From: Deltaproteobacteria bacterium
GTDB lineage: Bacteria > Desulfobacterota > Desulfobulbia > Desulfobulbales > VMSU01
Reading direction: 5' to 3'
NCBI GenBank assembly: GCA_021782655.1
Contig: JAJXUT010000001.1
Coordinates: 5,704-69,703, forward strand
Length of the DNA: 64,000 bases
In this document: in pieces, positions 1 to 9,512 of the stretch
Layout of the letters: each line of letters starts with the position of its first letter
Numbering within the stretch: position 1 is the first letter of the stretch
Translations under genes and position numbers: made by a program
Notes under the pieces: generated by a model
What the model was told of the DNA's origin: nothing
The model's database searches: none
The model's input: the letters and a program-made list of their open reading frames with translations, nothing else

Positions 1-782
<782 letters not shown>

Positions 783-828
783 GGGGCCTAGCCAGCGGCA
801 AGTCAGGCCCCCTCGGCAGTGAAAACAT

Positions 829-858
829 TTGACACGTCCGGCGGAATATGGTTATGAT
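829..858 (+). promoter_or_regulatory. Sigma70-like promoter candidate for rpmH operon
   Basis: TTGACA (829-834), 18-nt spacer, TATGAT (853-858), about 80 nt upstream of the rpmH ATG. Confidence 0.4.
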
Positions 859-940
859 TGCGGTTTTATTTTACCGCGCATCCCGCGCCGCAACCAAAGA
901 AACGCAGCCGCCAGCCGGCCGCAACTAAAAGGAATCTCCC

Positions 941-1078
941 ATGAGCAAGCGAACCTTCCAACCCAGCAACACCAGCCGCCAGCGCACCCACGGCTTCCGG
1001 GTACGGATGAGCACCAAGAACGGCCGGGCAGTCATCAACCGCCGCCGGGCCAAGGGCCGGCATCGTCTGGCGGTCTGA
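941..1078 (+). CDS. rpmH: 50S ribosomal protein L34
   Basis: Read manually; at 45 aa it is too short for the ORF track. Sequence is [45 protein letters not shown] with TGA at 1076-1078, the canonical L34 sequence. Sits at the head of the rnpA-yidD-yidC cluster. Confidence 0.95.
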   Translation: MSKRTFQPSNTSRQRTHGFRVRMSTKNGRAVINRRRAKGRHRLAV

Positions 1079-1101
1079 CCGGATCCGGGGGCGCAAGGCG
1101 G

Positions 1102-1485
1102 ATGAGCCTCTCCCTGCCCAAGGAGTCCCTGCTCACCAAATCCTGGCAGTACCAGCGGGTTTACCGGCAGGGCCGACGGGCCGGGGACAAGGCCGGGGGA
1201 TTCACCCTCATCTTCCGCGACAACGACCGGGGCGGCGACCGCCTGGGAATCAGCGTGGGCGGACAGCGTTTGGCGGTCAGGCGGAACAGGATCAAACGGC
1301 TCCTGAGGGAGTTTTACCGGTTACATAGGGAATTACCCTCCCTGGTGGCCAGACGGACCTCCGTCCAGGGGGTTGATCTGGTGGTGGCCACCAACCAGCG
1401 ATTCCAACCCCAAGGCCTGGCCGACATTCAGGCCGCCTTTCACCGGACCACCGGGCTGTTTCCGCCCTCCGACACCAAATCATGA
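1102..1485 (+). CDS. rnpA: Ribonuclease P protein component
   Basis: Internal ATG of ORF 829..1485. Basic protein (..[33 protein letters not shown]..) in the conserved position directly after rpmH. Confidence 0.85.
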   Translation: MSLSLPKESLLTKSWQYQRVYRQGRRAGDKAGGFTLIFRDNDRGGDRLGISVGGQRLAVRRNRIKRLLREFYRLHRELPSLVARRTSVQGVDLVVATNQRFQPQGLADIQAAFHRTTGLFPPSDTKS

Positions 1486-1633
1486 CCGACGACTCGCAAA
1501 AAGATCGCCGAGGGCCAAGCAATCGGGCCGGCCGGCCGGCAAAACGAGCCCAACCGCCCCGCAATTCCGTCCCAGCCCCGCTGCTGTTGGACGGGGAGGC
1601 GGCAGTTCGGGTTCTCTGCCCCGCCCGCCAGTC

Positions 1634-1885
1634 ATGATCGGCCCGCGGACAGACACCCCTGCGCCCCCAGCCGGACAACGACTGGCCATTCGGCTGCTGC
1701 GCACCTATCAGCGCCTAGTCTCCCCACTGCTTCCGCCTAGCTGCCGGTTCCACCCCACCTGCTCGCAGTACGCCATCGACGCCATAACCGCCCATGGCCT
1801 GGTCAGGGGGGCGTGGCTAGCCCTGCGCCGGGTCATGCGCTGCCACCCCTTCCATCCCGGCGGGTTCGACCCGGTGGCAAAATAG
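1634..1885 (+). CDS. yidD: Membrane protein insertion efficiency factor YidD
   Basis: [61 protein letters not shown] is the YidD signature. Start placed at in-frame ATG 1634. Confidence 0.85.
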   Translation: MIGPRTDTPAPPAGQRLAIRLLRTYQRLVSPLLPPSCRFHPTCSQYAIDAITAHGLVRGAWLALRRVMRCHPFHPGGFDPVAK

Positions 1886-1944
1886 CCGCGACTTGGCCGC
1901 CGCGTTCGCCTCTCCGCCCGGAATCAACCAGGAAAAATATCCTC

Positions 1945-3597
1945 ATGGAAACCCAAAGGGCCTTTATCGCCATTATCCTCTCGCTGCTCATTCTGCTGGG
2001 CTATCAGCACTTCTTCGCCCCGCCGCCACCGGAATCACCAGCGGTGACTACCAGCCCGGCCCACTCCCCCGCCACCGCCTCCCCCGAGGCCCAGCCGGCG
2101 GCGACGGAGGCGGTGGCCGATAAGGCCAGTCCCGCCTCCCCTCCCCCCCTAAACGGCAAGGACATCCCGGTGGAAACCCATCTCTACCAGGCGGTGGTCT
2201 CCGAAAACGGCGGGGCCTTCACCAGCTTCAAGCTCAAGGACTACCGGGAGAGCATCGCCAAGGACTCCCCCCCCAAGGAGCTGGTCCTGGCCCACGACCC
2301 CGGCCGGATGCCGCTTGATTTCTTCTGGGGCAACGCCATGCCCACCCGCCCCCTGCTCTACACCGCCGCCCAAGACAAAATCGTCACCACCCCCGGCGGC
2401 CAAGCCAGCCTGGTGCTGGTCGCCACCCCCCAGCCGGGGCTGAGCGTGACCAAGAAGCTGACCTTCTCCGACGACTCCTACCGGATGGAGCTTTCGATCA
2501 CCGTCCACAACAGCACCACCCAGGCCCTGCGCGGCGCCCCGCTGATCGCCAGCACCTACGCCCCCTTCTCCCCGGAATTACAAGGCAAACGGGCCATCTT
2601 CTCCGGGCCGGCAGCCCTCCTTGACGGCGCCAAACTGGAGGAGGTTCAGCCCGAGTCCTTACGAAAGGACGGCCCCAAGACCATCACCGGGGCGGTGACC
2701 TGGGCCGCCTACGAGGACAGCTATTTCCTGAGCGCCATCGTGCCCCATGACCCAGGGCCGGCCAACCTCCAGCTCTCACTGGCCGGCAAGGACGAGCAGG
2801 TCACCTCCATCCTGGGCGGCCCCCAGGAGGTCATCCCGGCGGGCGGAGAGAAAGCCTACCATTATGACCTGTTTGTCGGCCCCAAGAAGCTCTCCATCCT
2901 GCAAAAGACCGGCTCCGACCTCGACAAAATCGTCAACTTCGGCTGGTTTGACGCCTTGGCCAAGCCCACCCTGTTCCTGCTCAACTTCCTGCACCGCTAC
3001 ACCCACAACTACGGGGTAGCCATCATCCTGGTCACCGTTTTGTTCAAGCTCCTGTTCTGGCCCATCTCCCACAAGGGGATGAAGTCGATGAAGACCATGC
3101 AGAAAATTCAGCCCAAGATGGCCAAGCTGCGCGAAAAGTACAAGGATCAGCCCGAGCAGTTGAACCAGGAGATCATGACCCTCTACAAGACTTACAAGAT
3201 CAACCCCCTGGGCGGCTGCCTGCCGATGATCCTGCAAATCCCGGTGTTCTTCTCCCTCTACAAGGTGCTTCTGCAAACCGTGGAACTGCGTCACGCGCCC
3301 TTCATGCTGTGGATCACCGACCTCTCGGCCCCGGACCGTCTGGGGATCGGCCTCCACATCCCCGGGCTTAACGGCATCCCGGTGCTCACCCTGCTGATGG
3401 GGGGCAGCATGTTTCTCCAGCAGAAGATGTCGCCCACCTCAGGCGACCCGACTCAGGCCAAGGTGATGATGTTTTTGCCGGTCATCTTCACCTTCATGTT
3501 CCTGAACTTCGCCTCCGGCCTGGTGCTATACTGGTTCATCAACAACCTACTCTCAATCGGCCAGCAATATCTGATCAACCGCTCCGTCGAACCATAA
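1945..3597 (+). CDS. yidC: Membrane protein insertase YidC
   Basis: Start METQRAFIAIILSLLILLGYQ (N-terminal TM). C-terminal core has YGVAIILVTVLFKLLFWPI, MQKIQPKMAKLREKYKD, NPLGGCLPMILQIPVFFSLY. The ORF-track start at 1813 overlaps yidD and was rejected. Confidence 0.95.
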   Translation: METQRAFIAIILSLLILLGYQHFFAPPPPESPAVTTSPAHSPATASPEAQPAATEAVADKASPASPPPLNGKDIPVETHLYQAVVSENGGAFTSFKLKDYRESIAKDSPPKELVLAHDPGRMPLDFFWGNAMPTRPLLYTAAQDKIVTTPGGQASLVLVATPQPGLSVTKKLTFSDDSYRMELSITVHNSTTQALRGAPLIASTYAPFSPELQGKRAIFSGPAALLDGAKLEEVQPESLRKDGPKTITGAVTWAAYEDSYFLSAIVPHDPGPANLQLSLAGKDEQVTSILGGPQEVIPAGGEKAYHYDLFVGPKKLSILQKTGSDLDKIVNFGWFDALAKPTLFLLNFLHRYTHNYGVAIILVTVLFKLLFWPISHKGMKSMKTMQKIQPKMAKLREKYKDQPEQLNQEIMTLYKTYKINPLGGCLPMILQIPVFFSLYKVLLQTVELRHAPFMLWITDLSAPDRLGIGLHIPGLNGIPVLTLLMGGSMFLQQKMSPTSGDPTQAKVMMFLPVIFTFMFLNFASGLVLYWFINNLLSIGQQYLINRSVEP

Positions 3598-3625
3598 GCC
3601 GATGACGGAGGCCCGTGAAGAACCT

Positions 3626-4537
3626 ATGAGCCATAACCATATAGAATATCAAGGTAAAAATATAGACGAGGCCGTTGCCAAGGCCTGCGGCGACCTCCAG
3701 ACGAACCGCGCCGAGCTGGAGATCGAGATCGTCTCCGCCGGCTCGACGGGCATCTTCGGGCTGGGCAGGAAAAAGGCGGTAATCCGCGCCCGCCGCAAGG
3801 CCGTCTCCCCCCTGGTCCCGGAGCCCACCCTGCGCCAAGCATCCACCCCGGCCAGTCCCGAACCGAACGCCCCGCCCCGCCCCAAAGGCAAACGGCCCGG
3901 CAAAGGGGCGCCCCTGACAACGGCCAGACGCCACCCCGCCCCGCCGTCTCGTCCGGAGCCGTCCAAGGCCTCCCACCCGCCCTCGGAGCCGGGGCCGCCG
4001 CCCACCCCGGAGGACATCGAGGCCATCCGGGATCTAACCCAGACCCTGCTCGCCAAGATGGGCTTCGAGCTTGAGGTTGAAGCCTCACTGGCCGGGGGCA
4101 AGCTACGGGTGCACATCCACCCCGGCGCACAAGTCGAGGAGCTGGTGGGCCGGGAGGGAAACGTGCTGGACGCCCTCCAGTACCTGATGCGCAAGATCGT
4201 GGCCCAGCGCTTCCCCGGCCGGCTCGACCTGTCGCTTGACGCCGGCAACTACCGGGAGCATCGGCAGCAGGAGCTGCGGGAGCTAGCCCTCGACCTGGCC
4301 CGGCAGGCAAGGGCTACCGGCACCAGCCAGACCATGGGGGCGCTAAATCCCGCCGATCGCCGGATCGTCCACTTGGCCCTCAAGGATGATCCCGAGATCC
4401 GCAGCGTCAGTATCGGCGAAGGGCTGTTCAAACGGGTCAGGATCTACCTGCCCGGCACCACCCGGGGCCGGCGACGGGCCGCCCCCGGCCGCCCCGACGC
4501 CACCGAGGGGGCCGCCCCACCCTCCGATTCTCCCTGA
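3626..4537 (+). CDS. jag: Jag/KhpB RNA-binding protein (Jag_N, KH, R3H) with a long Pro-rich linker
   Basis: YQGKNIDEAVAKACGDLQTNRAELEIEIV..GIFGLGRKKAVIRA (Jag_N) and C-terminal NPADRRIVHLALKDDPEIRSVSIGEGLFKRVRIY (R3H). Conserved position after yidC. An alternative start at 3602 is possible. Confidence 0.85.
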   Translation: MSHNHIEYQGKNIDEAVAKACGDLQTNRAELEIEIVSAGSTGIFGLGRKKAVIRARRKAVSPLVPEPTLRQASTPASPEPNAPPRPKGKRPGKGAPLTTARRHPAPPSRPEPSKASHPPSEPGPPPTPEDIEAIRDLTQTLLAKMGFELEVEASLAGGKLRVHIHPGAQVEELVGREGNVLDALQYLMRKIVAQRFPGRLDLSLDAGNYREHRQQELRELALDLARQARATGTSQTMGALNPADRRIVHLALKDDPEIRSVSIGEGLFKRVRIYLPGTTRGRRRAAPGRPDATEGAAPPSDSP

Positions 4538-4575
4538 GCCCTCCCAGCCCAACGGCTCTTGTGCAGCAGGCGCGG

Positions 4576-5973
4576 ATGAACGAATCTCTCTCCTCCACCA
4601 TCGCCGCCATCGCCACCCCGCCCGGCCCCGGCGGCATTGGGGTGATTCGCATCAGCGGCCCCGAGGCCCCGGCCATCCTCAACCGGCTCTTTTCCCCCCA
4701 ACACCCAGTTCCCAAGCTGCAAAGCCACCGCCTGTATCTCGGCTGGATCCGGCGCCCCGGCTCCGGCCAGGTGATCGACGAGGTGCTGGCGGTGCACATG
4801 GCCGCCCCCCACACCTATACCCGTGAAGAGGTGGTGGAGATTCACTGCCACGGCAACTTCCTGCTCCTGCAAGAGGTGCTGGTACTGGCACAGGAGGCCG
4901 GGGCCCGGCTGGCCGGGCCGGGTGAGTTCACCAAGCGGGCCTTCTTGAACGGCCGGATCGACCTCAGCCAGGCCGAGGCAGTACTCGACCTACTTACCGC
5001 CCGCTCCCCCGAGGGACTCGGGCTGGCGGCCCGGCAACTAGAAGGCGGCCTAAGCGCCCGGATCGACCAAGTCAGCGAGGCCCTGCTCCGGCTGCGGGCG
5101 GTACTGGAAGTGGCCATCGACTTCCCCGAGGAGGAGCCGGAGATCCTCGATCCCCCCCGGCTCCTCGCCACCCTGAAGACCGAGATTATCCCGGCGCTCG
5201 AAGATTTGATCTCCTCCGCCGACCATGGTAAGATAGCCCGAGATGGGATCGTCGCCGCCATCATAGGCCGGCCCAACGTTGGCAAGTCCAGCCTGCTTAA
5301 CGCCCTGCTACGCGAGGAGCGGGCCATCGTCACTCCCCTGGCCGGCACCACCCGGGACACCATCGAGGAGGCCATCGCCATCCGCGGCCTTGCCTTGCGC
5401 CTAATCGACACCGCCGGCATCCGCGACGCCCATGACCCGGTCGAGGACCTGGGCGTCAAACGCGCCAAGCAGACCTTGAGCCAGGCAGAGGTGGCGCTGC
5501 TGCTGGTGGACGCCTCTGAGCCACTGACGGTGGAAGACCTGGCCCTGCTGAAGATGGCGGCGAACAAACCCCTGCTGGTGGTGGCCAACAAGTGCGACCT
5601 CTGCCGGCCAGCAGAGGTGGCGGCCATCGGCGCGCGGCTCGCCGGCCAGCGGGTCATCCCCATCTCCGCCCGGAATGGCGAGGGCCTTACGGAACTTGAG
5701 GAGGCAATCTTCACCCTGATCGCCGGTGGCCTCGGTTCCGGCTGGGACCCCGGGCTCACCGTGGCGCCGAACGCCCGCCACCGGGCAGCGCTTACCCTGG
5801 CGCGGGAGGCCTGCCAGCGGCTTGAGACCGGGCTTCAGGCCTTACCCCTGGCCCCGGAGTTGCTGGCCATCGACACCCAGACCGCCTTGGAGCACTTAGG
5901 CGACATCGTCGGCCACACCACCCCCGATGAGATGCTAGATAGGATATTCGGGGAGTTTTGCATAGGTAAATAA
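4576..5973 (+). CDS. mnmE: tRNA modification GTPase MnmE (TrmE)
   Basis: STIAAIATPPGPGGIGVIRISG N-terminus, G-domain GRPNVGKSSLLNAL..DTAG..NKCD, and C-terminal FCIGK. Confidence 0.95.
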   Translation: MNESLSSTIAAIATPPGPGGIGVIRISGPEAPAILNRLFSPQHPVPKLQSHRLYLGWIRRPGSGQVIDEVLAVHMAAPHTYTREEVVEIHCHGNFLLLQEVLVLAQEAGARLAGPGEFTKRAFLNGRIDLSQAEAVLDLLTARSPEGLGLAARQLEGGLSARIDQVSEALLRLRAVLEVAIDFPEEEPEILDPPRLLATLKTEIIPALEDLISSADHGKIARDGIVAAIIGRPNVGKSSLLNALLREERAIVTPLAGTTRDTIEEAIAIRGLALRLIDTAGIRDAHDPVEDLGVKRAKQTLSQAEVALLLVDASEPLTVEDLALLKMAANKPLLVVANKCDLCRPAEVAAIGARLAGQRVIPISARNGEGLTELEEAIFTLIAGGLGSGWDPGLTVAPNARHRAALTLAREACQRLETGLQALPLAPELLAIDTQTALEHLGDIVGHTTPDEMLDRIFGEFCIGK

Positions 5974-6040
5974 CCAGTAAAATGCTGGCTGATAACCGCC
6001 GCAAGCGGTAACGGCGAGGCGACGGCAAGGGACAGGCCGG

Positions 6041-7540
6041 ATGGGACTTGAAATCGAGCAGCAGATAGCCTTCCTGAAGCGGATCGAATTCTTCGACAAC
6101 TTCGACGACCACGAACTGCGGCAATTCCTCCAGGTCGCCAAGTGGCTCAAGACCCCGGACGGCACCCTGATCATCCGCGAGAACACCCAGGAACGGGTGT
6201 TCTACATCCTGGTCAAGGGCGAGGTCTCGGTGTTCAAGACCAGAGAGGAGGACGGCCGCTCCCTGGAGCTGACCACCCTGCGCTCCGGGGCCTGCTTCGG
6301 GGAGATGTCGCTGGTCATGGACGTCAAGCGCACCGCCGGGGTGATCAGCCGGGGAGAGTCCTTCCTGCTGATGGTGGAACCGGAGATCATCAATTCCTCG
6401 AACCTCTTTCTGCAACTGAAATTCTACAAACGCTTCTGCGAGATCCTGGTCGCCCGCCTGATCCGCGCCAATCAACAGATGGTGAGCGGCGGCCAGGAGA
6501 TGCCGCCCCCCGCCCCCGGCCCGCCCGAGGCCATCGCCCAGCCCCCCCAAGAGACTCCGGTCGCCAACGGGCCCACCGCCGATCCCGGCCCCGTCGGCGC
6601 CCCCAACCCGACCGACCTCCCCCCCCGTCCGGAAAAGAAGGAAAAGGGGTCGCTCAAATCCCTGCCCCGGCGGATCACCTCGGTTGGCGAGCTGCCCTGT
6701 AACCCGGAGGTGGCCAGCCGCATCGCCCCCCTGCTGCGCGGGGAGTGCGAGAACACCCTCCGCTTGGCCGACCTGGTGCAACTCGACCCGGCCCTCGCCT
6801 GGAAGGTGATGCAGGTGGGCAACTCCTCCTTCTACCGCCGCAGCCTGCCGGTGGGCACCGTGCCCCACGCCATGATCACGGTGGGGATCAAACAGATCCA
6901 GGAGCTACTGTTCGCGGCGGTCAACCGGCAGCAGCCCAGCCGCAAGCCCTTCCACGGCCTGGCCCCCCTGGCCCGCGCCTTCTGGCGGCACTCGGTGATC
7001 GTGGCCCGGATCGCCGCCCTCCTTCGGGACGTAATCCGCCTCTCCCTGACCACCGACATCTACCTGGCCGGCCTATTGCACGACATCGGCATCCTGGCCC
7101 TAGACGCCATCGAACCCAACCTGTACCCGCATCTGATGACTCCCGACTCCGAGCTCTGCGCCGACCTCTGCCAGGCGGAAACCGACTACGCGGGGATCGA
7201 TCACGCCCAGGCAGGGGCGATGCTCGGGGAGGGCATCGGCCTGCCCGAGGCCTATCTCGACGTGCTCCGCTGCCACCATCAACCCGCCCAGGCCAACACC
7301 AACCAACTAGCCGTGACCCTGGTGCACCTGGCGGAGGTCTTCGCCCATATCCACGGCTGCGGGCACTGCCCAGGCCGACGGCTTACCCTGTCAGCCGCCC
7401 TCGAATCCCCGGCCTGGGGGATCATCCAAGAGTTCCACCGCCCCTTCTGCGAGGTGAACGTGGCCGGCTTCGTCGTCAGCTTCGACCAGGAGTTGAACAA
7501 TACCTGGAGTAGCGTCACCGATGGCCTGCGGCTCGACTGA
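6041..7540 (+). CDS. Cyclic-nucleotide-binding domain protein fused to an HDOD domain
   Basis: N-terminal cNMP-binding fold (VFYILVKGEVSV..GACFGEMSLV..KRTAGV). Pro-rich linker. C-terminal HDOD-like region (LPCNPEVASRIAPLL..LADLVQLDPALAWKVMQVGNSSFY..AGLLHDIGILAL). Confidence 0.8.
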   Translation: MGLEIEQQIAFLKRIEFFDNFDDHELRQFLQVAKWLKTPDGTLIIRENTQERVFYILVKGEVSVFKTREEDGRSLELTTLRSGACFGEMSLVMDVKRTAGVISRGESFLLMVEPEIINSSNLFLQLKFYKRFCEILVARLIRANQQMVSGGQEMPPPAPGPPEAIAQPPQETPVANGPTADPGPVGAPNPTDLPPRPEKKEKGSLKSLPRRITSVGELPCNPEVASRIAPLLRGECENTLRLADLVQLDPALAWKVMQVGNSSFYRRSLPVGTVPHAMITVGIKQIQELLFAAVNRQQPSRKPFHGLAPLARAFWRHSVIVARIAALLRDVIRLSLTTDIYLAGLLHDIGILALDAIEPNLYPHLMTPDSELCADLCQAETDYAGIDHAQAGAMLGEGIGLPEAYLDVLRCHHQPAQANTNQLAVTLVHLAEVFAHIHGCGHCPGRRLTLSAALESPAWGIIQEFHRPFCEVNVAGFVVSFDQELNNTWSSVTDGLRLD

Positions 7541-8384
7541 ACCAAGCCCCGCCTGCCTCCTGGAGACCCTGGCCCGCCGCAACCACCTGCCGGTGGACGA
7601 TTTTTACCGTTTCCACCTGCGGCCAGGCATGGCCTTTGCCGAGACCCGGGCCTGGTGGCGATCCGGCCCGCGGACCAGCCCCCACGAAGGCTTGGACTTG
7701 CGGGACTATCTCACCGTCCAGGGCGAGGTTAAGCCCCTGCCGGTGGACGCCCTGGCCCCCGTGGCCCTGTCAGGGGTGGTGGCCGGGGTATTCGACGACT
7801 TCCTGGGCCGCTCGGTGCTGGTCGTCCATGAACTCTTTCGCGACGACGGGGCACGGCTGGTCTCGATCTCCGCCCATCTGACGCCCGGCCCAGAGATCAA
7901 GCTTGGCCGCCGGCTGGAGGCCGGCGAGCCGATCGGACGCCTGGCCCCGGCCCAGGCCGGCTCTCCGCCCCCCCACCTGCATCTCTCCACCCTCTGGCTG
8001 ACCGGCGATCTGCCCGCCGATCTAAACTGGCCCGCGATCACGGCCAGCGACCGCCTCAGTCTCTGTGACCCGCTCCAGCTGCCCCAGGTCTGCGATCAAC
8101 ACCATCTGCCAATCATGCCAGGCAACTGGCAGGTGTATATGCTCTCCTGCCGGGACGGGTCGATCTATACCGGCATCACCACCGACCTAGGACGCCGGAC
8201 TACGGCCCACAACACCGGCAAAACCGGGGCGCGCTACACCCGTGCCCGACGCCCGGTCCGGCTGGTTTTTTCCGAACCGGCCTCCTCCCGCGCCGCCGCC
8301 TGCCGCCGCGAATGGCGGATAAAACGCCTGCCGCCGGAACAAAAACGGGCCCTATGGCAAGCAACTGCCGGCCAGGAAGGCTAA
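7521..8384 (+). CDS. Fusion protein: M23 (LytM-type) peptidase-like domain + YhbQ-type GIY-YIG nuclease domain, no signal peptide
   Basis: HEGLD (HxxxD) and PHLHLS (HxH) are the M23 metal ligands. C-terminal WQVYMLSCRDGSIYTGITTDLGRRTTAHNTGKTGARYT..VRLVFSE..REWRIKRL is a GIY-YIG/YhbQ signature. The start overlaps the upstream gene by 20 nt; an alternative ATG lies at 7629. Confidence 0.7.
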   Translation: MACGSTEPSPACLLETLARRNHLPVDDFYRFHLRPGMAFAETRAWWRSGPRTSPHEGLDLRDYLTVQGEVKPLPVDALAPVALSGVVAGVFDDFLGRSVLVVHELFRDDGARLVSISAHLTPGPEIKLGRRLEAGEPIGRLAPAQAGSPPPHLHLSTLWLTGDLPADLNWPAITASDRLSLCDPLQLPQVCDQHHLPIMPGNWQVYMLSCRDGSIYTGITTDLGRRTTAHNTGKTGARYTRARRPVRLVFSEPASSRAAACRREWRIKRLPPEQKRALWQATAGQEG

Positions 8385-8440
8385 ATCATTTGCTTGCAAA
8401 TTTTTCCCAACCTGCTCTATACTTGAAAAAAGCGGAGCTC

Positions 8441-8535
8441 TAAGCCGTTATCACAAAACAACCTCTTCATTTTTTACAGCAAAAACGGCATAAGGAGCCG
8501 TAACGGAGGGGGGGCAAATTGTGGAAGTTATTTTG
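8441..8535. repeat. Intergenic repeat family A, diverged copy A3
   Basis: Shares TAAGCCGT..AAACAACCT..ACGGCA(n)GCCGTAA..GGGG..AATTGT..AGTT with copies at 12496-12594 and 22669-22780. Contains the ACGGC/GCCGT hairpin. Confidence 0.45.
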
Positions 8536-8567
8536 GTGATGGATCCTAACAGCTAGGGGAAAACACG

Positions 8568-9407
8568 ATGCGCAGGGGGGAACGGAGCATGGGCAAGCGA
8601 CTGGGCGACATCCTAAAGGAACACCACCTGGCCAGCGAGGAGCAGATCGACCAGGCGCTACGCATCCAGGTGGGCGGCAACCGCCGACTGGGGTACCTCC
8701 TGCTCAAGATGGGGGTGATCAGTGCCGACCAGTTGCTTAAGGTGCTGTCGCAGCAGATGGGACTTGACATCATCAACGTCGATCAGGAGTTCTCTACCGA
8801 GGTCGTCGATCTCCTGCCCCGCTACCTGTGCCGGAAATACACCGTCCTGCCCCTGCGCCAGGAACAAAAAAACATCCTCAACGTGGCCATGGTCGATCCC
8901 TCCGACGACGCGGCCATCACCGACATCGAGACCTATACCGGCATGGTGGTCAGGCCAATGCTGGCCAGGGAACCGGACATCTCAGCGGCGATCAAGCGCT
9001 TGATCCCCTTTTCCTACCGGGACCTGGTCAACCCCCAGGTTTATGGCCGGGCCGCCAGGCTGGCCAGCCTCTGCCTCCTGGCGCTGCTGGCCGGAAGCGG
9101 CTGGGTTGCCTACCGCTACGTGATGCACGAACGCTACGGCACGGTCTCCGTCTCACCAGACGCGGTCACCTACAAGAACCACGACCTGATGGTGGGGGTG
9201 GAGGGCTCGGGCAAGATTTCGCTGCTCGGGCATGGGGCCTATACCAAGGGCTTCTACTCCGTCACCTTCCCCTCGGTTGACCGGCTAAAGGCCTTTGTTG
9301 ACCAACAACGCCCCAACTTTTCCGAAAAACAGGCCGCCTGGCTAGCCTGGCTGATCAAGGGCAAACTCTCGGCCAGCAGCAAGAAGGCCCCACCCGCCCA
9401 CAGCTAA
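8568..9407 (+). CDS. Stand-alone MshEN (T2SS-E N-terminal) c-di-GMP-binding domain protein with a TM segment and unknown C-terminal domain
   Basis: RLGDILKEHHLASEEQIDQALRIQ + VGGNR + RLGYLLLKMGVISADQLLKVLSQQ. The second half matches the 24-residue MshEN motif exactly, with a 5-residue spacer. The GspE_N fold continues (LPRYLCRKYTVLPL..NVAMVDP). TM segment LASLCLLALLAGSGWVAY. Confidence 0.75.
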   Translation: MRRGERSMGKRLGDILKEHHLASEEQIDQALRIQVGGNRRLGYLLLKMGVISADQLLKVLSQQMGLDIINVDQEFSTEVVDLLPRYLCRKYTVLPLRQEQKNILNVAMVDPSDDAAITDIETYTGMVVRPMLAREPDISAAIKRLIPFSYRDLVNPQVYGRAARLASLCLLALLAGSGWVAYRYVMHERYGTVSVSPDAVTYKNHDLMVGVEGSGKISLLGHGAYTKGFYSVTFPSVDRLKAFVDQQRPNFSEKQAAWLAWLIKGKLSASSKKAPPAHS

Positions 9408-9512
9408 ACCGACGAGGGAAACACCCCCCTGGACAACAAATCTCCCGGCAACGGCCTAAGTGGCCGCCGGAGGCGTGGGGAACTTGTCCAAGTCGTCATC
9501 CCGTCGGCCCGA

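Noticed and set aside
829-1485. ORF-track entry reading 829-1485 as a single 218-aa protein.
   Set aside because: The 5' two-fifths overlaps rpmH, which is read in another frame and is unmistakable. Only the part from ATG 1102 looks like RnpA.
1813-1944. N-terminal extensions proposed by the ORF track for yidC (1813), hemE (29826), cvpA (41856), ligA (56801), PrsT (16968), ParA (12524), tatC (22698), the SDR gene (46685) and the FlgO-like gene (17238).
   Set aside because: The extensions overlap upstream genes or are low-complexity. The conserved N-termini or signal peptides begin at internal ATG or GTG codons.
5792-6868. Long antisense ORFs opposite recognised genes. Examples: 5792-6868(-), 3624-4310(-), 4842-5759(-), 25043-25807(-), 29673-30971(-), 38460-39443(+), 40722-41642(+), 60837-61640(-).
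   Set aside because: They are typical high-GC shadow frames. Their translations are Arg/Gly/Pro/Ala-rich with no recognisable motifs. Each fully overlaps a gene whose product has clear family signatures on the other strand or frame.
8385-8567. AT-rich spacer with GTTATCACAAA, considered as a DnaA box or origin remnant.
   Set aside because: It is a single imperfect box with no cluster and no DNA-unwinding-element repeats. The region is better explained as a family A repeat copy plus a promoter.
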